Shown here: one piece after another, positions 28,626-38,796 of the stretch | Position numbering within the stretch: the first letter of the stretch is position 1 | Layout of the letters: every line of letters begins with the position of its first letter | Virus record (IMG/VR): IMGVR_UViG_3300044632_001218 | Reading direction: 5' to 3' (one strand) | DNA length: 64,000 nt | Origin: a virus | Notes under the pieces: generated by a model | What the model was told of the DNA's origin: nothing | What the model saw: only the letters and a program-made list of their open reading frames with translations | Database searches by the model: none | Position numbers and translations under genes: made by a program

Positions 28626-29177
28626 ATGCAATACTACACATATGCTTATTTAAGAGAAAATAAAACTCCTTACTATATTGGTAAAGGAAAAGGAGATAGA
28701 GCATATCATAAAAATGGACATAAATCTCATGGAATTAATTTGCCCCCAATTGAAAGAATTATTATTTTAAAAAATAATCTAACAGAAATTGAAGCATTGC
28801 AACATGAAAAATATATGATTTCAATTTTTGGAAGAAAAGATTTGGGTTCTGGGATTTTATATAATAAAACTGATGGTGGAGACAATCCACCAAAAGCAAA
28901 ACCAAATCAAATTAATAGAATAAAAGCAATACAAAATTTTTGGGACAATTTATCCCAAACTGAAAGAAAAACAAGAGGGAATAAAATTTCAAAAACTAAA
29001 AAAGGAAATGGAAATCATTTACCAACATGCAAAGTTGTTATAAATGAATTAAATATTGAATTTAATTCAATAAAAGAATGTGCTCAATATATTAATGGGG
29101 ATCCTTCTACAATTGTAAAATGTTTGAACGGAAGAAGGCAGAATAGTCATAAAGGATATACTTTTAGTAGGTCATAG
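28626..29177 (+). mobile_element. Free-standing GIY-YIG homing endonuclease (Seg-like) with a C-terminal NUMOD1-like HTH
   Basis: YYTYAYLRENKTPYYIGKG..DRAY, EALQHEKYMI and LYNKTDGG motifs; FNSIKECAQYING..STIVKCLNG; inserted between gp13 and gp14. Confidence 0.85.
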
Positions 29178-29179
29178 AT

Positions 29180-30556
29180 ATGTTAAATCCATTTTTCATA
29201 CAGGGAACATCAGGGGAACAAGGTCTTGTACAAGACCTGATAAATGAACAATTAAAAATGTATGGCATAGAAATTTACTATATGCCAAGAGAATTCGTGT
29301 CTGAAGGAAAAGTTATAAAAGAAGTTTTATATTCAAAATTTACTAAAGCATTTCCAATAGAAGCATACTTGGTAAATTATGAAGGTTTTGACCCAAATAG
29401 TATTTTGATGAGTAAATTTGGAGTAAGAGTTACTGATGAAATGACTCTTATCATTTCATCAGAAAGATTTGAGACATATATTGGCGAATTGATGAAAGAT
29501 ATTACCTTAGTAAAAAATGCTACAAGACCTAATGAAGGTGATTTACTTTATATTCCATTGAGCGATAGCTTTATGGAAATTAAGTATGTTGAAAATAGAA
29601 AACCATTCTATCAACTTCAAAAGAACTATGTTTATGAATTGAGATGTGAAGTATATGAAATAGAAGATGATGAAATAAAAACAACAATTGATTCTATTGA
29701 TAAGTCATTGAAAGATGTAGGATATGAATCCACATTGAATATGTCAGGAATTGGAGTAACTGCAACTGCAACTACAACACTTGTTACTGGTGGGGTTCAA
29801 ACTACAGAAATAATTAGTGGTGGATACAGATATACTTCTATTCCAACATTTAATGTTTCTTCTCCCATTTCTGGCACTAAAGCAACGCTTGTTGGTGTAG
29901 TAACCAGTAAAATGGGATTACTATCATCAAAGAGTTTAAGTGATGTATACATTCAGAATCCAGGATCTGGATACAATCCAAGCAAACCCCCAATAGTGGA
30001 TGTTTCTGGGGGTGGTGGTTATGGTGCTCAAGTTAGAGTTGGAATTGCAACCTCTGGTAGCATAGGACCCATTCAGATAAACAATTCTGGACAGGGTTAT
30101 GTGCTTGAACCAGTAGTAACAATATCAAGTCCAGTTGGAGGAGGAGTAACTGCTGTTGCTAAAGCTTTCTTGAATAATGTTGGAGGTATTTCATCTATTA
30201 GAATTGTCAATGCAGGATATGGTTACACACAAACTCCAACAATCACTGTTTCTGCTGGAACCACTGTTTCTACTGGCAACTTTGTCTTTAATGAAACAGT
30301 AACTGGTTCAATATCCAATGCAGTTGGAACTGTTAAAAATTGGGATTCAGAAACCAGAGAATTGAAGGTGACAGGATTTGGAACTAACTTTATAGTTGGT
30401 GATATTGTAGTTGGTGCAGCATCAAGTGCAATTTACATAGTTTCAAATAGAGAAGAATTTGAAACAACATCTGCATATGATAATTCTGACATTATTGAAG
30501 AAGAAGCAGATAATATTTTAGATTTTAGTGAAATTAATCCTTTTGGAGAAGTTTGA
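29180..30556 (+). CDS. gp14: Neck protein gp14 with an internal beta-repeat insertion
   Basis: LNPFF.QGTSGEQ.LVQDLINEQLKMYG and LDFSE.NPFG motifs. Confidence 0.92.
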   Translation: MLNPFFIQGTSGEQGLVQDLINEQLKMYGIEIYYMPREFVSEGKVIKEVLYSKFTKAFPIEAYLVNYEGFDPNSILMSKFGVRVTDEMTLIISSERFETYIGELMKDITLVKNATRPNEGDLLYIPLSDSFMEIKYVENRKPFYQLQKNYVYELRCEVYEIEDDEIKTTIDSIDKSLKDVGYESTLNMSGIGVTATATTTLVTGGVQTTEIISGGYRYTSIPTFNVSSPISGTKATLVGVVTSKMGLLSSKSLSDVYIQNPGSGYNPSKPPIVDVSGGGGYGAQVRVGIATSGSIGPIQINNSGQGYVLEPVVTISSPVGGGVTAVAKAFLNNVGGISSIRIVNAGYGYTQTPTITVSAGTTVSTGNFVFNETVTGSISNAVGTVKNWDSETRELKVTGFGTNFIVGDIVVGAASSAIYIVSNREEFETTSAYDNSDIIEEEADNILDFSEINPFGEV

Positions 30557-30570
30557 CTAAATACTAAATA
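30557..30570 (+). promoter_or_regulatory. Tandem late-promoter variants CTAAATA-CTAAATA
   Basis: TAAATA core twice, upstream of gp15. Confidence 0.6.
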
Positions 30571-30587
30571 ATGTGAAAAAATAAAAA

Positions 30588-31439
30588 ATGTTTGGTAGGT
30601 ATTTTTATCATAAGTCAATACAAAAGACAGTAACTGCTTTTGGAACTTTATTTAATAATATACAGATCAGAAGATTTGATGAGAATGGAAATGCTTTATC
30701 TGTATTAAAAGTTCCTTTTGCTTATGGTCCAACTCAAAAGTTTTTAGCAAGAATAGAGCAACAACCACAAGGAGATAGAAAAGTTGCTCTAACTCTTCCA
30801 AGAATGTCTTTTGAGATGACTACTATTGATTATGATGCCCAGAGGAAATCGTCAGTTATTCAAACATTCTCTGCTCCAAGATCTGACACTGGAAAGGCTG
30901 CAAAAGTATATTCCCCAACTCCATATAATATTGGATTTGAATTAAATATTATGAGCAAAATACAAGATGATGCTCTGCAAATTATAGAACAAATTTTACC
31001 ATTCTTTCAACCATCATTTAACATATCTGTTAGAATGATCCCAGAAATTAATGAAGTTAGGGATATTCCTGTAATTTTAAATAGAGTTGGGTTTAGAGAT
31101 GATTATGAGGGAGACTATACCACAAGAAGGATTATCATTTATACCTTAAACTTTACTGCAAAAACTTATCTGTTTAGTGAAATTCCTTCAGATGATCAAG
31201 GACTTATCAAAAAAGTTCAAGTTGATTATGCTACAGATGCTATCTTAAATGCAAGAAGGGAAGTTAGATATACATCTACTCCTAAAGCACTTGAAGACTA
31301 CAATGGAGATAATGTTATCAATACTGCTGATGACCCACTTATTCCATATGGGGATGATTTTGGATTTAACGAACAAATCATAGATTTCCAAGATTTCAAA
31401 GATTACAGTAGCAGTCAAGGAATTGATGTTGATATATAG
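30588..31439 (+). CDS. gp15: Tail sheath stabiliser/terminator gp15
   Basis: YFYH.SI.K.V.AFGTLFNNI, KVPFAYGP.QKFLAR and LPRMSFE motifs. Confidence 0.95.
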   Translation: MFGRYFYHKSIQKTVTAFGTLFNNIQIRRFDENGNALSVLKVPFAYGPTQKFLARIEQQPQGDRKVALTLPRMSFEMTTIDYDAQRKSSVIQTFSAPRSDTGKAAKVYSPTPYNIGFELNIMSKIQDDALQIIEQILPFFQPSFNISVRMIPEINEVRDIPVILNRVGFRDDYEGDYTTRRIIIYTLNFTAKTYLFSEIPSDDQGLIKKVQVDYATDAILNARREVRYTSTPKALEDYNGDNVINTADDPLIPYGDDFGFNEQIIDFQDFKDYSSSQGIDVDI

Positions 31440-31442
31440 TGT

Positions 31443-31859
31443 ATGGATAAAAAATTTTCAAAGTTAGAAAAATCTTTAGATATAGAAACTACTTTAGTTC
31501 CTATATCTAAAGAAGTTATTGATATCAAATCTACTGATGTTCCTAATGATCCACAAAAAGATTATGAATATAGTAGAGGTCAACTCTATAGTTTAATCTC
31601 AAAAGGACAAGAAGCAGTTGATGGTATATTGGAGATAGCTCAAGAATCTGGTCATCCAAGAGCATTTGAAGTTGCTGGTCAATTAATTAAATCTGTTGCA
31701 GATACTACAGATAAATTAATTGACCTTCAAAAGAAAATGAGAGACTTGGATGCACCTCAAAAAGGACCTACAACAGTCAACAATTCACTTTTTGTAGGTT
31801 CTACTGCAGAACTATCTAAACTTATAAAACAAGGTCTTCTAAATAATGAAGAAGAATAA
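31443..31859 (+). CDS. gp16: Terminase small subunit gp16
   Basis: DYEYSRGQLY.LI.KGQEA, HPRAFEVAGQLIK and NNSLFVGSTAEL motifs. Confidence 0.95.
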   Translation: MDKKFSKLEKSLDIETTLVPISKEVIDIKSTDVPNDPQKDYEYSRGQLYSLISKGQEAVDGILEIAQESGHPRAFEVAGQLIKSVADTTDKLIDLQKKMRDLDAPQKGPTTVNNSLFVGSTAELSKLIKQGLLNNEEE

Positions 31860-31869
31860 TATTCTATAA

Positions 31870-33255
31870 ATGAAAGACCCAAAAGGACCTGTAAAATCAT
31901 ATAAGACTCCAGAAGAAATTGCCCAAAAGCATAAAGTTTCTTTGGATAAAATTATTCAACAGGTAAAAATGGGAACCAAAGTTGAGGGTGAGCACACCAC
32001 AAGCAAAAGTGGAGCTAAGATCACTGCCCTTCAGCATGTGGATGAATTACCTGATTATTATTCTAAACTAAAAAAAATTGAAAAAGTCAAAGAAGGAAGT
32101 TTACATCAGTGGTTTAGTGGTTCTAAAGATAAGAGTGGAAAACCTGGATGGGTTAATGTTGTAACTGGAGATAGTTGTGCCAGTGACAAACCTGGAGAAG
32201 GTGTTCCAAAGTGCGTTTCTTCTTCTAAAAGAGCAAGTATGTCTCCAGAAGAAAGACGTTCTGCAGCAGCAAGGAAAAGAAGAGCAGATCCTGGACAACA
32301 GGAAAAGTCTGGTGCTTCAAAACCAACTTATGTTTCTACAGATAGTCCAAAAAAAATGAAAGAAGAGGTTATTTCGGAAAAAGACAACAAAGGCAAAGGA
32401 AGTGGTAAAAAGGATGCTTGCTATCATAAAGTAAAAGCAAGATTCAAAGTTTGGCCAAGTGCATATGCTTCTGGAGCACTTGTAAAATGTCGCCAAGCAG
32501 GTGCTAAAAATTGGGGCAATAAATCAGAGAATGTAGAACAGCAGTATGAAGAGGACACAAAGTATTGTCTGCTTTGTAGAAAGAATGAAAAAAGAGAAGA
32601 ATGTTCATATGGTCCTATGATGTGGGACAGATATACAATTGCTAAGATTCATCCAGCAAATGAATCTAAAGTTTATGAAAGTCATAAAGAAATTGCTTCT
32701 GGTAAGATGAAAGATGAAGAAGGATATATGGCAAATATTGAGATGGACAAAATTGAAAGGTCTGTTCAAATTTTAAGAAAAATTGTTAAAAGTCCAAATA
32801 TGCAACTTCCTGCTTGGGTTCAATCAAAAATTACCAGAGCAGCAGATTTTATTGATACTGCAGCAGAATACTTATCAAGTGATGAAGAAGTTTCTGAAGC
32901 ATGTTGGACAGGATACAAGCAAGTTGGAATGAAGAAAAAAGGAAAGAAGATGGTTCCTAACTGTGTTCCTGCAAATGAAGATGCTTGTCGTTCTTTCTCA
33001 CAATTTATGCAACTTACAGAAGTTGCTGCATGGCAAAGAAAAGAAGGAAAGAATCCTAAGGGAGGATTGAATGAGAAGGGAAGAAAATCTTATGAAGCAG
33101 AAAATCCTGGCAGCAATCTACAAGCACCTCAACCAGAGGGTGGACCTCGTAAAAGATCATTCTGTGCTCGTATGGGAGGAATGCCTGGTCCTATGAAAGA
33201 TGAAAAAGGAAGACCTACAAGAAAAGCATTAGCACTCAGAAAGTGGGCATGTTGA
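31870..33255 (+). CDS. Modular basic/Cys-containing protein made of several small conserved domains; putative internal head polyprotein
   Basis: Modules MGTKVEGEHT...PDYY, LHQWF..GWV, KDACYHKVKARFKVWPSAYASGALVKCR, CWTGYKQVG..VPNCVP and AAWQRKEGKNPKGGLN...RKWAC; TATAAATG at 31865. Confidence 0.7.
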   Translation: MKDPKGPVKSYKTPEEIAQKHKVSLDKIIQQVKMGTKVEGEHTTSKSGAKITALQHVDELPDYYSKLKKIEKVKEGSLHQWFSGSKDKSGKPGWVNVVTGDSCASDKPGEGVPKCVSSSKRASMSPEERRSAAARKRRADPGQQEKSGASKPTYVSTDSPKKMKEEVISEKDNKGKGSGKKDACYHKVKARFKVWPSAYASGALVKCRQAGAKNWGNKSENVEQQYEEDTKYCLLCRKNEKREECSYGPMMWDRYTIAKIHPANESKVYESHKEIASGKMKDEEGYMANIEMDKIERSVQILRKIVKSPNMQLPAWVQSKITRAADFIDTAAEYLSSDEEVSEACWTGYKQVGMKKKGKKMVPNCVPANEDACRSFSQFMQLTEVAAWQRKEGKNPKGGLNEKGRKSYEAENPGSNLQAPQPEGGPRKRSFCARMGGMPGPMKDEKGRPTRKALALRKWAC

Positions 33256-33256
33256 T

Positions 33257-33571
33257 ATGAAATCATACAAACAGTTTCTTTCAGAGAGTATTACTATTCA
33301 AGGTGACTTTAATGGAACTTTGAACATTGGATCTCAACCAACTCCACAAAAAGTTGGAGAAGAATTTGCTGTAGATTTTGTTTGGCAAGGCAGCATCTAC
33401 AGAGTGGAGATGGTAACTAATGATGGAATCCCATCAAAGAATAAATTAACAGAGCATCTTCAGAATGAATATCCTGGAGCAATCATTCATAACATTTATC
33501 CATCAACTCCCAGGTCTTCAAACATTACAAAGGTAAATAGGTATCATCCAGCAAAATTGGAATGGATTTGA
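33257..33571 (+). CDS. Hypothetical protein with an N-terminal capsid-targeting-like sequence MKSYKQFLSE
   Basis: N-terminus resembles the T4 internal-protein CTS (MKTYQEFIAE). Confidence 0.65.
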   Translation: MKSYKQFLSESITIQGDFNGTLNIGSQPTPQKVGEEFAVDFVWQGSIYRVEMVTNDGIPSKNKLTEHLQNEYPGAIIHNIYPSTPRSSNITKVNRYHPAKLEWI

Positions 33572-33574
33572 TTT

Positions 33575-34900
33575 ATGGCTATTTGGAATATAACAACACA
33601 AGATTATTTAAATCAAGAAAGATCTCTATTTGAAGTTTATAATGTAGCAACAAGAGATGGTGAGCAAGTTACAATTGATAATCCATTTCCAGTTACTTTT
33701 CCTCCCATAGCAACTGATGCATTTGGCAGATTGAGAACTTCTATTCCACTTACATTATTTGATTCATCTCACAGATATAGAGATAATAATCTTTGGAGTA
33801 GTTTAGTTGTTGGTACTGGTTCTACAGTAGGATTTGTAACAACACAAGGTTTAGTCAATATTGGAATAGGAACTACTGCTGGATGTTCTGTGATTAGGGA
33901 AACCACAAAAGTATTCTCTTATCAACCAGGAAAATCATTACAGGTATTGAATACATTTATAATGAACCCAGCAAAAGCAAATCTTCTTCAAAGAGTAGGG
34001 TACTTTGGTGCAGATAATGGAATGTATTTAGAACTTGATGGAGATACTTTATATTTTGCGGAAAGAAGTTTATCTACTGGAACAACAACAAAAATTTCGC
34101 AACATAACTGGAATATTGACACAATGCTTGGTGCAGGACACTTAAATCCATCAGGTGTCACATTAGATATTTCCAAAGCACAAATCTTATGGATGGATAT
34201 TGAATGGTTAGGACTTGGAACAGTAAGAATGGGTTTTGTAATTGATGGAAAATTTATTCATTGTCATTCATTTCATCATGCAAACATAATTGAATCAACT
34301 TATATTACAACAGCATCACTTCCAGTAAGATATGAGATTGCCAATACTGGAATAACTACGAGTGTAAGTAATCTTAAACAGGTTTGTTCTACAGTTATTT
34401 CAGAAGGTGGTTATGAACTTAGTGGAATACAGCAGGCAGTGGGAATTGCAGTCACAACACCAAAAACTCTTACAACTCAGGGAACTTTTTATCCTATCAT
34501 TAGTTTACGTCTTAAAACATCACCAAATTTTTTGGATGCAATTGTAATTCTCACGGCACTTTCAGTAATGCCAGTTGCTACAGGTTATTACAATTGGCAG
34601 ATTAGAGCATCTGGCACTACTAGTGGAGGAAATTGGGTAAGTGCTGGTGTTGATAGTGCTGTGGATTATAACATTACTGGAACTTCTTACACTGGTGGAA
34701 GAATACTTGGAAGTGGATTTTTTAGTGCTTCAAATCAAGGAACAACTCAAATTGATATTCTCAAAGAAGCACTCTTTAAGTTTCAGTTGGAAAGAAATGG
34801 ACTAACATCAACACCTTTTGAAATTTCTCTTGTTGTTGCTTCTAATGCTAATAATAATACAGTACTTGCTTCAATGGACTGGGAAGAGATTAGTAGGTAA
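33575..34900 (+). CDS. Conserved cyanophage protein, probably virion structural (441 aa)
   Basis: DAFGRLR, FSYQPGKS and IISEGGY motifs; located between gp16 and gp17. Confidence 0.7.
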   Translation: MAIWNITTQDYLNQERSLFEVYNVATRDGEQVTIDNPFPVTFPPIATDAFGRLRTSIPLTLFDSSHRYRDNNLWSSLVVGTGSTVGFVTTQGLVNIGIGTTAGCSVIRETTKVFSYQPGKSLQVLNTFIMNPAKANLLQRVGYFGADNGMYLELDGDTLYFAERSLSTGTTTKISQHNWNIDTMLGAGHLNPSGVTLDISKAQILWMDIEWLGLGTVRMGFVIDGKFIHCHSFHHANIIESTYITTASLPVRYEIANTGITTSVSNLKQVCSTVISEGGYELSGIQQAVGIAVTTPKTLTTQGTFYPIISLRLKTSPNFLDAIVILTALSVMPVATGYYNWQIRASGTTSGGNWVSAGVDSAVDYNITGTSYTGGRILGSGFFSASNQGTTQIDILKEALFKFQLERNGLTSTPFEISLVVASNANNNTVLASMDWEEISR

Positions 34901-34905
34901 TAATT

Positions 34906-36564
34906 ATGGCTGATAATATTTACTTAGGTAATCCCCTTTTAAAAAAGGCAAATACTGCAATTGAATTTACACAAGATCAGATTCTTGAATTTATCAAGTG
35001 CAAAAGTGATCCTGTATATTTTGCAAAAAATTATGTACAGATTGTAACCTTGGATCATGGTCTTCAACCATTTAAACCATATGACTTCCAAGAAAAATTA
35101 ATTACAAATTTTCATAACAATAGATTTAACATTTGTAAGATGCCTCGCCAAACAGGCAAATCTACAACTGTTGTATCTTATTTGCTTCATTATGCCATCT
35201 TTAATGATAATGTAAATATTGCTATTCTTGCAAACAAAGCATCAACTGCAAGAGATTTGTTATCAAGATTACAAACTGCATATGAAAACCTTCCCAAATG
35301 GTTGCAACAAGGCATCCTAGCTTGGAACAAAGGTTCTATGGAACTTGAGAATGGTTCAAAGATTCTTGCTGCTTCTACCTCAGCATCTGCAGTTAGAGGT
35401 GGTTCTTATAACATCATCTTCCTTGATGAATTTGCATTCGTTCAAAACCATCTTGCAGATGACTTCTTTGCATCTGTATATCCTACCATTTCTTCTGGAC
35501 AATCTACAAAAGTTATTATAGTTTCTACCCCACACGGTATGAATCATTTCTACCGTTTGTGGCATGATGCAGAAAGGGGAAAAAATGAATACATTCCAAC
35601 AGATGTTCACTGGTCAGAAGTTCCAGGAAGAGATGCAAAGTGGAAAGAACAAACCATTGCCAACACTTCTGAACAGCAGTTTAAAATTGAGTTTGAGTGT
35701 GAATTTTTAGGATCTGTTGATACTCTAATTGCACCAAGTAAACTGAAGAGTTTGGTATATGATGCTCCAGTCAAAAGAAATAAAGGATTGGATGTTTATG
35801 AAAATTCAACTCCAGACAAAGATTATGTAATTACTGTTGATGTGGCAAGAGGTGTTGGTAGTGACTATTCTGCTTTTGTAGTTTTTGATATAACTACATT
35901 CCCACATAAAATTGTAGCAAAGTATAGGAATAATGAAATAAAACCTATGCTTTTTCCCAACATCATTTATGATGTGGCAAAAAATTATAACAGTGCATTT
36001 ATTTTATGTGAAGTAAATGATGTTGGCGATCAGGTGGCAGCAATTATTCAATATGATTTGGAGTATCAAAATCTTCTTATGTGCTCTATGCGAGGTAGAG
36101 CAGGTCAAATTGTGGGTCAAGGATTTTCTGGAAAGAAAACACAACTTGGATTAAAAATGTCCAAGACAGTCAAGAAGGTTGGATGTCTTAATCTCAAAAC
36201 AATGATTGAGGAAGATAAACTAATCTTTAATGACTATGAAATTATCAGTGAGTTAACCACATTCATTCAGAAACACAATTCCTTTGAGGCAGAGGAGGGA
36301 TGTAATGATGATTTGGCAATGTGCCTTGTAATCTATGCTTGGTTGGTTGCACAGGACTATTTCAAAGAACTTACAGAGCAAGATGTTAGGAAACGTTTAT
36401 ATGAAGAACAAAAAAATCAAATAGAACAAGACATGGCACCATTTGGATTTGTCCTTACTGGTGTGGATGATGAACCTATAGTAGATACTGATGGTGATGT
36501 TTGGCACACTGATGAATATGGAGATAGGTCACATGAATTCTCTTATATGTGGGAATACAGGTAA
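34906..36564 (+). CDS. gp17: Terminase large subunit gp17
   Basis: Walker A PRQTGKST, Walker B IIFLDEFAF, nuclease DVARG and DDLAM motifs; no intein. Confidence 0.97.
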   Translation: MADNIYLGNPLLKKANTAIEFTQDQILEFIKCKSDPVYFAKNYVQIVTLDHGLQPFKPYDFQEKLITNFHNNRFNICKMPRQTGKSTTVVSYLLHYAIFNDNVNIAILANKASTARDLLSRLQTAYENLPKWLQQGILAWNKGSMELENGSKILAASTSASAVRGGSYNIIFLDEFAFVQNHLADDFFASVYPTISSGQSTKVIIVSTPHGMNHFYRLWHDAERGKNEYIPTDVHWSEVPGRDAKWKEQTIANTSEQQFKIEFECEFLGSVDTLIAPSKLKSLVYDAPVKRNKGLDVYENSTPDKDYVITVDVARGVGSDYSAFVVFDITTFPHKIVAKYRNNEIKPMLFPNIIYDVAKNYNSAFILCEVNDVGDQVAAIIQYDLEYQNLLMCSMRGRAGQIVGQGFSGKKTQLGLKMSKTVKKVGCLNLKTMIEEDKLIFNDYEIISELTTFIQKHNSFEAEEGCNDDLAMCLVIYAWLVAQDYFKELTEQDVRKRLYEEQKNQIEQDMAPFGFVLTGVDDEPIVDTDGDVWHTDEYGDRSHEFSYMWEYR

Positions 36565-36575
36565 AAGGAGAAATT

Positions 36576-36583
36576 TATAAATA
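36576..36583 (+). promoter_or_regulatory. T4 late promoter TATAAATA
   Basis: Exact consensus upstream of gp18. Confidence 0.85.
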
Positions 36584-36619
36584 CTTGTAGAGCAAAATGA
36601 AGCATTTAGAGGAGTCAAA

Positions 36620-38776
36620 ATGGCGTTAGGCTTAGCATCTCCAGGTATTAAAGTAAAAGAACTTGATTTGACAAGAGGTGGGATTACAAATACTACTTCA
36701 ATCTCAGCAGGAATTGCAGCACCTTTTGCAAAAGGTCCTGTCAACCAAGTAGTTACTATTGCAAATGAAAACGATCTTGTAAATGTCTTTGGAAAACCAT
36801 CTTCCAATAACTATCATTATGAGTATTGGTATTCAGCATCTAATTTCCTGTCATATGGCGGAAGTTTGAAGGTAGTTAGATGTGGTGGAACTGAGTTAAA
36901 AAATGCTAATGCTGGCGTTGGTGTAGCATCAACTGCAACAGTAAGTATTGATAATTACGAGGATTATCAAGGAACTTCTTTAACTTCAGCATACTGGGCA
37001 GCAAAGAATCAAGGTTCTTGGGCAGAAGGAATTAAAGTTTGTGTAATTGACAACTTTGCAGACCAAACTCTTACAGGAATTAACACCACAGGAATTTCTG
37101 TTGGATTTGGTGTTACTCAACCTTTAAGTGGTATTGTTCCTGGAGTTGGAACTACTTCAACAGCATCTGGACACCTCAAGGGAATCATTACTGGCATTGG
37201 CGCATCTTTAGTTCATGTAAAAGTCCTCTCAACAGTATCTGGTGCTACTGAAACTAATCAAGAATATACTGAAAATGGAATTTATGCCTTTGCAGCATCT
37301 TCTTTAGTTGTAGTAAACAACTCAGGAGCAAATATTTCTACAGCAACTCCTTCTGCAACACAAGATTGGTATAACAATCAAAACCTTTTAGATACTGCAA
37401 ATGGTGATTACACCACAATTTCTTGGAGAAGTGTTGCACCAAAACCAAGAACAAATGCATATGTAACAGAAAGAAATGGTGGTAATGATTCTTTCCATAT
37501 AGTAGTTGTTGATAGTAAAAAAGTAGGAAACATTACAGGAAACCCACAAGCACTACTTGAAAAATTCCTCAATCTTTCCAAAGCAACTGACACTAAAGTT
37601 TCTCCATCTGAAAATGTTTACTACAAAGATTATCTTGCATTAAATTCACAATTCATTTATGCAGGAAAATCAATAGGAAATGATGATGATGCATATTGGA
37701 ATGTAACTCCAGTATCAGTTAAATTTACTTCTGCATTCACACCACAGTCAGTTAATTCTGGTGATTGGGAAGTAGCAGCAGAAAATGTAACTTTTAGTTC
37801 AGTTGGAAATGTTTCTTACACTTTAACTGGAGGTAAAGATTATAGTGGATCTGGTAATGTTGGGGGATTTGCTGCAACCCTGTCAGATTTTACAACTGCT
37901 TATGACAAACTTGCTAATGCAGATGAAGTTCCTCTTAACTTCTTGCTTCAAGGTGGAACTTCATTAGGAAAGGAACAAGAGCAAGCAAAAGCAAACAAAC
38001 TGATTAGTATTGCAGAATCAAGAAAAGATTGTATGGCATTCATCTCACCATACAGAGATGGAGTTGTTAATGTCTCTTCTGCTGCTACTCAACTTCAAAA
38101 TGTCTTATCATTCTTTAGTCCACTGACTTCTTCATCTTATGCAGTGTTTGATAGTGGATATCAATATGTGTATGATAGATTTAATCAGCAGTTTGTTTAT
38201 ATGCCATGTTCAGCAGATGTTGCTGGGCTTTGTGCAAGGACTGATATTGACCAATTCCCCTGGTATTCACCTGCAGGAAAGTCTAGAGGTTCTCTGAAGT
38301 TTACTATCAAACTTGCATACAACCCAGACCAAAACGCAAGAGACCAACTGTATTCACAAAGAGTAAATCCAGTTATCTCTTCTCCTGGATCAGGAATCAT
38401 TCTCTTTGGTGATAAAACTGCACTCTCATATCAATCTGCATTTGATAGAATCAATGTTAGAAGATTGTTCATCACTATTGAACAAGCAATTAAAGGGGCA
38501 GCAGATGCTCAACTCTTTGAGTTTAATGATGCAAGCACAAGAGCAAACTTCATTAATATTGTTGAACCATACTTAAGAGATGTACAAGTTAAGAGAGGAA
38601 TCACTGACTTCCTCTTAGTTTGTGATGAAACAAACAACACCCCTGATGTAATTGATAGAAATGAGTTTATTGCTGACATCTATGTGAAACCTGCAAGATC
38701 AATTAACTTTATTGGTCTTACATTTATTGCTACCAGGACTGGGGTTTCATTTGAATCCATTGTAGGCACAGTTTAA
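36620..38776 (+). CDS. gp18: Tail sheath protein gp18
   Basis: SPGIKVKELDLT, FSSVDSGY-like FDSGYQY, PWYSPAG and FDRINVRRLF motifs. Confidence 0.97.
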   Translation: MALGLASPGIKVKELDLTRGGITNTTSISAGIAAPFAKGPVNQVVTIANENDLVNVFGKPSSNNYHYEYWYSASNFLSYGGSLKVVRCGGTELKNANAGVGVASTATVSIDNYEDYQGTSLTSAYWAAKNQGSWAEGIKVCVIDNFADQTLTGINTTGISVGFGVTQPLSGIVPGVGTTSTASGHLKGIITGIGASLVHVKVLSTVSGATETNQEYTENGIYAFAASSLVVVNNSGANISTATPSATQDWYNNQNLLDTANGDYTTISWRSVAPKPRTNAYVTERNGGNDSFHIVVVDSKKVGNITGNPQALLEKFLNLSKATDTKVSPSENVYYKDYLALNSQFIYAGKSIGNDDDAYWNVTPVSVKFTSAFTPQSVNSGDWEVAAENVTFSSVGNVSYTLTGGKDYSGSGNVGGFAATLSDFTTAYDKLANADEVPLNFLLQGGTSLGKEQEQAKANKLISIAESRKDCMAFISPYRDGVVNVSSAATQLQNVLSFFSPLTSSSYAVFDSGYQYVYDRFNQQFVYMPCSADVAGLCARTDIDQFPWYSPAGKSRGSLKFTIKLAYNPDQNARDQLYSQRVNPVISSPGSGIILFGDKTALSYQSAFDRINVRRLFITIEQAIKGAADAQLFEFNDASTRANFINIVEPYLRDVQVKRGITDFLLVCDETNNTPDVIDRNEFIADIYVKPARSINFIGLTFIATRTGVSFESIVGTV

Positions 38777-38796
38777 TTTAATCAGGAGAAACTAAA

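Noticed and set aside
33569-33577. In-frame TGA-TTT-ATG between ORFs 33257 and 33575 (similarly TAG-TGT-ATG at gp15/gp16) as possible readthrough or recoding
   Set aside because: In-frame adjacency has about a 1-in-3 chance; genes across the window end normally at TAA/TAG/TGA, so there is no sign of an alternative code.
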